Source: Trichoplax sp. H2
Lineage: Eukaryota
NCBI GenBank assembly: GCA_003344405.1
Contig: NOWV01000130.1
Location: forward strand, 1-64,000
Length of the DNA stretch: 64,000 bases
Direction of reading: 5' to 3'
Below, piece by piece: positions 42,379 to 52,746 of the stretch (positions within the stretch are counted from its first letter, which is position 1; each line of letters begins with the position of its first letter). Under the pieces are notes generated by a model that was not told where the DNA came from, ran no database searches, and saw nothing but the letters and a program-made list of their open reading frames with translations. A program made the position numbers and the translations under genes.

Positions 42379-43910
42379 ACATGATATTACTAGCTTAAAG
42401 AACAATTGATAATCAATGGTGACTGAAGATAGTGAATAACGGTAAATGTTTGTAGATGATATTACTTCGAAATAATTTAAAATGTAGATAATAGTCTTTA
42501 GAAATTATACAGTCATCGATGATGAAAATAGAGATTTGAATTAATATTGCTTTACAATCGAAATAAAATTAGCGACTAATTTTGCTATGCTACAAGTTAT
42601 CATGACTTTTATAATAAGGGTATATCGTTGACAAAGTTATTAAAACCGAAAATTTATTATAAGCCAATTCCAGTCCTTTCCTAATCATTAATTTTTTAAA
42701 GGCAACTATGCAGTCTTTGCTTTTCCCTATGTATTATTACTTCGCTGGAATACTAGACATAACGAGACAATAATCGCTTTCTCTCTCCAAATTCTTAAAT
42801 TCGAGTTATATAAAGGTAGTCACAGATTCAAAAGATAATACGAATGTATGAGCCATACAAACTGAAATTACTTTCTAGTCAAGAGTTTTGATAAAAGAAA
42901 TTAAAAAATCAATAACCAAATATATAAGAATATCGTTTCACATAGCATGATTCGCTAAACTGAAAGCACTACACTGAAACTATATCATGCCTAAAAAGTT
43001 TAGCTATTAAAACGTACCATAATACAGCAATATTTGATACAAATCCTTCCCAAAATCAACTTGATCTTCTCCTAAAATGACTAGATGGTATACTTTGCAA
43101 TAATTTTATTTACTTAAGATTTGATTTTAATAATGCAATTACAGGCTTTAAAAATGGAAGCTACCTGAGTTTATTGTAGATAGTAACTCATGCAAACGAA
43201 TTTACCAATTTCTTTAGCAGAAAACTTTCAATCCATAATAAGCCCAATTCAATAGTTTTCTTACCAGTAGACGCATAAATAAACTAATAAAGCCATCGCC
43301 TAATTTGATAGAGCACGAACATCAACTAATAAGTATCTGCACTTGTAGATATCATTGGAAAGAATAGTATTAAGAAAGCTTCGTACCCCTTGAAAATTAC
43401 CTGAACAGATCTATGCTGGTAATTAGTTATTTGAAACGAAAAGATGCAACTGCTACGCGATAATGTTTATAGTTACGAAGATAAATATCAAAATTCTTAT
43501 TACAGTGTATATGAACGCTACCGTAGGCGAAATCGGCCCGTTCATATACAGTGTTACAGTACTTTTATTTTACAGATACTTACGATCTCCTTAATTGTAA
43601 CTTCTGCTGATGACCGTTCTTGCAGTATTAGAAATTCTTAATTTAGGAATAGTTTAATCAAGAAATGGTAGCTCCAAAGAACATAGTTTAATCAGCGTAT
43701 TAATCGCCGTGATGACATTAAATCTGGAACTATAACTTCTAAGTTTAAATAAAATTTTCTATCGCGATAACTCTGTACATAAAAAATTTTCAAATGATAT
43801 TAAAGGTAGATTAGTTTAACAATAAGATCTAGAATTTAAAAGGATTTAGGCTGCATTTAAAATTGGTATGAATGTAGTATCTTTTACGCGTTTAATTAAT
43901 ACATGCATAC

Positions 43911-45410
43911 ATGGTATGCCTACTGTGATGGAGGGTTCGATATCTCAGAGGATTGAGATTTAGTCGCCATTTACAATTATTACAACAAAGGGTTTATAAA
44001 AGTTATGTTTTATTGTAGGTTAGTAATGTGAAGTACAGTGAGGTAGTTACGGTAGATCAGCGTGCAAGCTGTCGTGAGTAACGAGTAGAAGTATTAGACT
44101 GTGAGATACTAACTAGAAGACTAATTGAGAGGCTAACGAACTCTGAGGTAGAAATCGCCGGTATTTATAGTTTTAAAGATAGAGCATATGCAGAGAATAG
44201 GATTGTGGAATTAGATACAACATATACCATAACAGGTTACAAAATAGCAGATGGTTGTAGAAAACAACGAGTACCGTAATAACTAAATACAGTAGTCTAT
44301 ATATGAATGTAGAGTAAGCGGATTGTAGATCTGCCTAAATATAAGAGCAATACAGTTATTAAGAGTAGAATATAGTTACAGTATATTCTAAATACACTAC
44401 ACCTACATAATATACTTCGCCATTGGAGTGTCTTGAATACTAAGTTTAAGTGGTATTTTGGGAAATTTATATGTCGTTTTCTTTATCGTATCCTACTTTA
44501 ACAAATCTAAAAGGATGCTCATATTCAAAAAGCAGTCAAGTTCTAAATTCAAGATAAACTCAATCATTAGGAATCGACGATTTATTGTTCTCCTATTAAA
44601 CTTAGCTTGTTCTGATATTTTAGGAGCGACATACTTTCTAATTATCGCTTACGCTGATTTACATTATCGGATAGAACCATCTGCTCATAATAACGCTACA
44701 ATTCGAAATGGTAATAATACATTTACCTTTTGGCTGTGTAGCCCATTCTGCTATATCACCAGAGGTTGCAATATAATTGCTACATTTCAATCAATCTATC
44801 TTACAATACTCATTGCTATAGATAGATATCTTGAAATAACTCATCCTTTTTCGGCTATAGCAATACTGACAATAAAACGCCTTTCAATACTAATCGTCAA
44901 AGGCTAGTTCATTACATTTCTTATCGCTGGCGTATTTAACCTTTATGCGTATTTACTATTCCAAGGTATTTGACATCTTACTCATATTATCATAACTTAT
45001 GTGGTTACGATAGTATTGGCACTTATTTATGTTCGTTTAAGCCTGTTTATCATGTCATTTAGCAGCTCCCCATTTTATCTAGCTATTCTAGTTATTTATA
45101 CATTAATCTTTCATAAATTACAACGGATTCGAATGAACCTAATTATAAACAGAAGAAGCAACTTTATTGAAAGGAAGGTACTAAATTTCGCTATCTTTAT
45201 TAGATTAAGTAATTTTCTTATCTGGTTTCCAGCTATTTCTGCAGCTATCACCACTTTCATTTACTACGAAAGTGCTTTAAGTGAATCAACCTTTTGCATA
45301 TTTGCCACAACGTTATTTTTAAAGCAAATCCTGCAATTAATCCCCTTATATTTTTAATTATGATATCAGGCTGGTTTATTCTCGTTCCAAGGCTGTTTAT
45401 TGGCGGATAG
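43911..45410 (+). pseudogene. Inverted GPCR pseudogene with an LTR inserted at about codon 4-5
   Basis: ATG at 43911, resuming after the LTR as FAIGVS*ILSLSGILGN (TGA 44434-44436). NLACSD, WLCSPFC, AIDRY, NFLIWFP and AINPLIF present; further stops and frameshifts. Confidence 0.85.
43924..44401 (-). mobile_element. 478-bp solo LTR, perfect 5-bp TSD CCTAC
   Basis: TGTGAT...ACTACA termini. CCTAC at 43919-43923 and 44402-44406. Reverse-strand TATAAAT (~44165) and AATAAA (~44011). Confidence 0.85.
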
Positions 45411-45891
45411 TATAGGATTTTTAATGGATATTAGGTAACTTTGTGCTGGTATAATGATAGTTTGCACCTGCTTTGATAATTAACACTTCAGTAAACCTAT
45501 TTTTAAATTACACCTATTTATGTTCTACTTTATATATTTAGTTTGGATGTTAAATTTTACGGTTACGACGGCCGCAGTTCTACGTTTTTCGTAAACTATC
45601 TAATACAATTCTTACTTTCTAAAATGATAGAGCGTCACTCTAAGCTTCGTAAACTGTGTGAACTTTTAATCTTATACTATTTATATTATTGTCTTATTTG
45701 TTGCTTGATCACTACTTTTCTCTCCACTTGATTTATTTACTAGCTAATTTTCATATTAATATATTTACTTATAACAATTTAAAAGAGTCTTTACTACACG
45801 GTCTCTTTGTACCTTTGCTATTTTTCTTATGCTGTTTATATACTAGATTATGTCAACATAATAAAGTATAAATGGAAATATAAGTGTTATG

Positions 45892-45921
45892 GTAGTAGTA
45901 GTAGTAGCAGTAGTAGTAGTA
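45892..45921. repeat. (GTA)n microsatellite, ~10 units, one interruption
   Basis: GTAGTAGTAGTAGTAGCAGTAGTAGTAGTA. Confidence 0.85.
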
Positions 45922-48514
45922 TCTAGAGATGATATATTTAACAATGTATGGTATTACATCCATGTGGCTATATCGATGTACTATGTTTGGGCGGCTATTC
46001 TTACAAAACCTTTATCATGCACTTATGATAGCCGCATTTCCATTGAAATTGTCGTAGCTGCCTTCATCAAAAAATTATTCATTTCCAATTCTACTATTTA
46101 CTATAACCACATAACATTGTAAATCTAGTGCACGAAAGGTTTCTATCCAAAATCACATTTCAAAGCAGATCTATATATGCGAGGTTTATTCTATTTTTGG
46201 AATCTACACAAATGAGATAGAATATCGAGAATTATAAAACAAACGGCAGAATCAGTAATACGAAGCACTGTAAAATATATAATGTGCCTTTAAAGCAGGG
46301 AATAGCAATGAATAACTAAACAAGTTACGCGCTAACTTTTATAGTTTCGCTAATTTATGTTTACATGTAAACTACAATAACTATTAATATAATTACGCGT
46401 ATATTTAATAATCTTTGAATTCTACTCCAAAATAACTTTCGTGAAGATATCGTAAATGATAATAAAGTATACTATGCATCATATTCAAGTTCTTACACTA
46501 TAACTTCATAACATCCTTAAAGATATAAAAATTAGTCTGGTAATTTCTGAAGTTAAGATTTGTTTATGCTGATGCAGAGTGCAAATTGTTACTAAGATAA
46601 AATGAAAGTCTATTCATTTCTATGTTATTGACATAATACAGCATTTACTAAAATCTTAGATAGCTACAAAGAAACTTTAATTTTTTCGCTGAGTTTAATT
46701 TAGTAAAACTCTGAATGATATAAGCGTAAGCGAAATCATTAAAGTATTCATTATGGATCGAGCATAGTCATATCATCTACACGATATAATATTAATACAC
46801 TTTACATTGGACGATCTGAAAAGAATATTAAATTTTAATTACCGTGTCTAAGATAGGTATTGGAATGGTCTTCCGTAAACAGCTATTATGGTGCATATAG
46901 AAAAGTATTCCTCCCTCTATTCTTAAGATTTAAGCAATGTATAATCCTAGAGACAATTTCCAATATGGCTTATCTATCTCCTCACTAATTTACCTTTAGA
47001 AAAAAAATGTGTAACTTGTATTTCATACTGCTATGATGTGATATTTATTGCTGATGCAATGACTAACGTTAGTATTAATTATTAAGATTTAGACGTAGTT
47101 CTTTATACAGTGTACTTGTCTTAAATTATTAATTTTTACTTGAATATAACTCCATCAAATCAACGGTATTTAAGACAGTACAAACTACGATTAGAGGGAG
47201 AGAGCTAGGAAGATCGTAAAGTTATTGATGAAATTCGATTTTAGATTTGATCTTTTTGCTCGTTGGTAGTACATCAGTTTTGGTTTAATTTATGTTTAAT
47301 TGCTCGACAGCAACTTTTAGTTTTTCCTAACTAAACAATTTGGATTTATTGACGGATCTACAAGACTAATCATTATTAATTACTGTATCTCGATACTTAT
47401 TGCTTAAAAGGGTGGCAAGAATAAAGCTTGCATACGCATAGATTACAATTGTTTCGCAAAACATTGTGATAATAATATTTTATTTCATAACGAAATAGAA
47501 AGTAGCAAAAAGGAATGGGATGAATATTTTAGCAATAATTTGTGATAAATAGTAAATTACCGTAAATATATCCATTTGAGGTAAATTAAAATAATAAGAT
47601 GGAAAACTTTCAATCCAATGAAATCTAGCCCCTATTTTCCTTATTTAAAATGCTGATTTGCGATAATCCTAGGGCCAGTCCAATTCTCATTGGTACAGAA
47701 CTGACGTTATAAACAAACTGTTTCCGTCAAATTGTACTATCAAATAGTGTAATAATGAGACTTTTCGAAAGTTTATCATGGTCTGGCAATAAAAAAGTGA
47801 AAGTTGATCACTAATTCAACACTTTAATCTTCATTATCCAATCCTGTCGTAGTGCTAACTTATAAAAAATTATTAGAAAGTCCATTAAGGCCTTGCACCT
47901 GTCACTTACTAAATTCAACGAATGCAACATTGCTTTGTCTTAAATCGAAAGACAGTTAATAAGATCTTGCAATAATAGATAGGTTCCTAGATTTTAATAG
48001 TACGTAATAATGCCCATAACTTACGTTACGACTTCTATGCAAGTGCAACACATTAGGTGAAAATGAATGTTAAGAAGAATTATTTGCGATTAGATGTTAT
48101 CGTTCAATATTCTTGATTCGAATTTAAATCTACATCTTATTCATTTTAAGGTTTAATATCTTGATAGTAAATCAGCTTAAGAATTTTAAACATAAGAGTG
48201 TGAACATTCATTTCGTATACGATTACAGAGTACACTCAGAAGAATTAAAATATACGTAGCTTCCATAAAATAATTCATATTCTAATATTATTAAAAGAAA
48301 TAGTTTTGCATCTTGTAGGGAAATATCTTCTATCTTTACCTATTCCAAGCAGCGCAGGTATTATGGTTAATTTCATATAAATAATATATGATATCTATGA
48401 TCTCAATAATCATACCTGCTTCATAGCAAATAAATTTTATAAGCCAAATATTACCTTAGACCCAGAAAAAGTGATTCGCTACGTCAAAGCAATTAGACAG
48501 ATTTTAAGAGAACC

Positions 48515-49591
48515 TCAAGTCCGAGTCCAGAAGAACTTACGCTTATAGTTTGACAGATTTTGAGAGATATTAAAGATGTAAATAATGGGATTAATTGTGC
48601 AGTTAACTTGAAATAATAGCAAGACATTCGGTGCGGTATCCAGAAAACGAATATTGTCGATAGATAAACGATAATTAATAAATATTGCTGTACCACAAGC
48701 AAGCGAAGGAAACCAAGCCACAAGATTAGTAATACTAATACTGGCGGCAATTTTTAACGTTTTCCTTTCAATGTTTTGGTTGAAGGTCTTGCTAACTTTA
48801 ATTTTGGCTGCTATATGCTGTAGTTTAAGATATGTCCCCATATATAAGGATAATGTAAAAATATAACAAATAAACCCGATGACGCTCAAAAGTAACAGTG
48901 AAAATCTAACGAAATTAACGGATACATCAGCAAATGTACATAAATTGCTAAACCGATAACTAATTGACTTAGCGGGTGGAAAAGTTATATAGGAAAACGC
49001 CGTAAACATACTTGCAGTGGCAATTCCAATACTCCAACCACCAATGGAAATCATTTTTGCTTTCTTAGGAGTTATTTCTAAGTTGTTCGAAAATGGAAAT
49101 GCTACGCTAACATAGCGATCAACGGCAATAATCGTAATGATGAAGACAGATTGAAATGAAGATAAAACATTTAGATACCTAGCTGTAAAACAGAATGGAT
49201 TGCCGATCCAATCATGATAAATATTCGATGAATTGATTAGTGACTCTGCCATACTACCATTATTGTAAGGATTAATTTGCATAAACCGATAACGAAGATC
49301 AGCTGCTGCTAAAATAAGTAAATATAATGAGCCAGCTAAATCGGAGGCAGCTAGATTGGCTATCAGGATAATAAATGTTCGATTGCCAACGTATCTGGCT
49401 GTAAATTGGTTACTCGTAATTTCTGATTGCCGGCTATGATCAGAGCTTACTTTAGAAAAGATAGTGCGATTGCTACGTTTCTTTAGAGCCAAAATAATCT
49501 TAAAGACGTAGTAATTAGCGATTATGCCACAAACGCCAAAACACCATGTCAAAGTGATAGCTATCGGGTTATTATAAAGAATTGATGCCAT
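48515..49591 (-). CDS. Intronless class A GPCR, LGR-like 7TM without ectodomain (358 aa)
   Basis: MASILYNN; NLAASD..YLLILAAAD; WIGNPFC; VDRY; FSNLC; AWFP; NCTINPIIY (canonical NPxxY). Confidence 0.94.
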   Translation of the reverse strand: MASILYNNPIAITLTWCFGVCGIIANYYVFKIILALKKRSNRTIFSKVSSDHSRQSEITSNQFTARYVGNRTFIILIANLAASDLAGSLYLLILAAADLRYRFMQINPYNNGSMAESLINSSNIYHDWIGNPFCFTARYLNVLSSFQSVFIITIIAVDRYVSVAFPFSNNLEITPKKAKMISIGGWSIGIATASMFTAFSYITFPPAKSISYRFSNLCTFADVSVNFVRFSLLLLSVIGFICYIFTLSLYMGTYLKLQHIAAKIKVSKTFNQNIERKTLKIAASISITNLVAWFPSLACGTAIFINYRLSIDNIRFLDTAPNVLLLFQVNCTINPIIYIFNISQNLSNYKRKFFWTRT

Positions 49592-51612
49592 AACCCTTCC
49601 ATCAAGGTAAACTTATATATTTTATGAAGCCAACTGCCTTGAAGAGCAAAATAAAATAGGTTTAAATGCAATTATTCTATTCATAATATTCATATTCTAA
49701 AAACTGCTTACCTTAGCACCCCTAATTCAGTATTATTGCTCTGCATTATTTTATCTTATAGTATTGAATTTATTATATATGATTTGTATTTTTCAAGTGT
49801 TACTTCAATGCTACAACAATAATATAAGCAACTATTTTAATTAATAACGCACAAATAATTATATGTAAAATAAAAATATTGCAATAAAATAATAAATTAA
49901 TGAATATCGTATAAACTATAATAGGAAGAGATTGTTACATTGGATCATACATAATACATGCGTACTGTATAACAATTGCTCAAAGTTTAAAATATTATCA
50001 TGTAAAATCTATTGCTAAATATCGGTATTCGTGCTTATAATTCACTGATGGTTAAATGTATTGGTTCTCACATTTGTTAGGATCAACATAAAAACCAAAA
50101 ATTTTATTGGAATAATATCACAGTCTTTTCTAATGGTTTTTATCATGGTACTAAAGTCCAAAGTGATTCAGACATCATCAAAATTATTACATGCTCAAAA
50201 TTTAAACATAAGTCGTAAGGAATATCACCATAAAATTCTAAACCATGATTACACCAAAAGAAGTAGGTTTGAAGTCTACTATCGCCCTTGGCATGAATAT
50301 TAATAGCGATATCGGCATGGAAATTAAGACAAAATAACAAATACAGCTATGCTTTTATTTGCCAATTTGAAATAGCTATAATCAGATGTAAAGTTATAAA
50401 AGCGAAAATAAAATGTTAATGGGGTAAATAATCATATTTATTTTCTTTAAAATTCTATTTTTATTTGCAGCTCTAAAATAGCAGAATTATTAAGGAACTA
50501 GCAAACGTTATTAGACTGTTTCCTCTTTAGTACAAATGTAGCGCAGGAACCCTCTATATTTTAATGTATGATGCTGCTGCATTTGAGCTTCATTAACTAA
50601 ATGAATGTTGCATCTCCAACCAATCTGATTAATACACCCATCACCAAAATATTTTGGATTACTATCAGTATATGTCCTTAACTCTCTTTTTAACCCTATA
50701 GTACTTGAATAAAAATCGGCTAGCCGGCTTAAAAATCATCAATTTAGTGCGGACTAAGCTATTTGTTAAGATATTTCACAATCAGTATAATAACGGCTAT
50801 AAATCATCGTACATAAATACCATATTATTATAACTATAATGGAGCGTGAGGTGGAAAAATTGCAATCCTGACATTATTATATACTAGCTTATACGGGCCT
50901 TCAATTTTAAATACTGTAACAAAGCAGATTTTCACCTTAAGTTTTCGTTGGTCTAACTTTATTGTGAATTAGTCAACTTAGATAGAATAAGATATAGTTT
51001 TCCGCTTTACAATAAATAACCTTCACTATGATTCGATTTCATAAATTTATATTCCATTGATATAAGATAAAACTTTAAATAAAAGTATTTAACAATTCTT
51101 GTTGAGATCACAACTAAAGATTTGATACGATACGTTATAAAATTGTCTAGTCACATCAAGAGATATGCAAATATTGGCATCCAATATAATAGCGAACATA
51201 TTTAATTGATCGCTGTACTGTTAAAATAGCTGCTCAATATTAATTGTAACTATAATTAATTGAAAGAAATAATTCTAATATAGCCACCTATTAACAATTA
51301 ATGCATAAAAAAAATGCTTTACTCTAATTTTCACTTTTATTAATACTGGATTATTCTAAATCATAAGTTATGGAGTGAAAAATACCTGATCATTCATTAA
51401 ATTGACTACAAGTAAATAAACCAAACGCCAAATATCTAGTAATTTTTGGATATAAAATAGTCCAACAAAGACTGCATTACATCATAAGTTAATGCTAGTA
51501 ATTCACATGTCAATCCTTACATCAAATTTTCTGTTAAAATGCGTAGGATTTTCTCACTTTCTTTCATAAAGAGACGAGTCACTGTGATAAGCAAACTGAC
51601 AGCGCTAAGCTA

Positions 51613-52746
51613 CTATTTATACGAATGATTATTTTTACAATTGCCAAGTAGCCTACAGGAATGGCAAAGGTTTAATTCCGTCGTAAATGTTATCAACGTA
51701 ATAGGATTTAAAACACAATTGATTTGAAATAACAAGAGTGAATTCGTAGCAGCATTTCGAAATAGATTATTCACAAGAAATATAGGATGATAGATATAAG
51801 CAACTATGCCACAGATAAAACCAGGAAACCAAAAGAAAAAATTTGTTGAGACGATTATCATAGCAATTTTTAAAATTTTCCATTCAGCTCGTTTACTCCC
51901 AAATTTGTGATTAGGATGTATGCTTATCGACCTTTGTCGAATTTTATAATATATTCCAGCATAAACCACCAATATGACTGTGTAGACAAGTATACCAATT
52001 ATTAAAAATAGCAATACCAATAACCTCACTTCGTAATCTGCATAGTCCTCGAAACTGCACAAGTTATGGTAATCATAACTAGGCGCAGGGGCTGGAGGAA
52101 ATGTAATATAAGCAGCTACAGTAAATGTTGTACCAACACTCATCGCTATTAACCATCCCAATAAACATAGGAACTTCGCTCGTCTTTGTGTTAATTTCAA
52201 GATTGCTGAGAATGGATAAGCAACGCTAATGTAACGATCGATGGCAACAAGCATCATGATATAAGCGGATTGAAAAATAGATACACAATTTATAAATCTT
52301 GCTATATAGCAAAATGGATTACTAATCCAATTTAAATAACTGACTGAAGAATCTGTAAAATGAGTCTGATTGTGTTTATCATGAGCTAATCTGTGATGGA
52401 GATCGGCTGAAGCAATAATTATTAAATACATTGACCCGAGCAAATCAGAGCCAGCGAGATTAATAAGTAGAATCGTAAATGTTCGATTAATGGTTGTTTT
52501 AGTTGGCTTAACAGTTTGATTAAAACGCAATAACTGCTCCTGACGATATATTGAACGAGAAATAATAGCTCGAACACGCTGTAGAGTTGGAGAATTTAAA
52601 AACTTAAGTAGAACCATATTAGCAATGATACCCGCTAGGCCAAATATCCATGATATTAATATTACTGACAGGTCGTTTTCGATTCTGATAGTCACTGACA
52701 TATTGAATGCGGCTATCGGCGACAGCTTTAGTTTTGATTCAGTCAT
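51613..52746 (-). CDS. Intronless class A GPCR (377 aa; alternative start at the second Met, 52701)
   Basis: NLAGSD..YLIIIASAD; WISNPFC; IDRY; YHNLC; FWFP; NCVLNPITL. Confidence 0.93.
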   Translation of the reverse strand: MTESKLKLSPIAAFNMSVTIRIENDLSVILISWIFGLAGIIANMVLLKFLNSPTLQRVRAIISRSIYRQEQLLRFNQTVKPTKTTINRTFTILLINLAGSDLLGSMYLIIIASADLHHRLAHDKHNQTHFTDSSVSYLNWISNPFCYIARFINCVSIFQSAYIMMLVAIDRYISVAYPFSAILKLTQRRAKFLCLLGWLIAMSVGTTFTVAAYITFPPAPAPSYDYHNLCSFEDYADYEVRLLVLLFLIIGILVYTVILVVYAGIYYKIRQRSISIHPNHKFGSKRAEWKILKIAMIIVSTNFFFWFPGFICGIVAYIYHPIFLVNNLFRNAATNSLLLFQINCVLNPITLITFTTELNLCHSCRLLGNCKNNHSYK

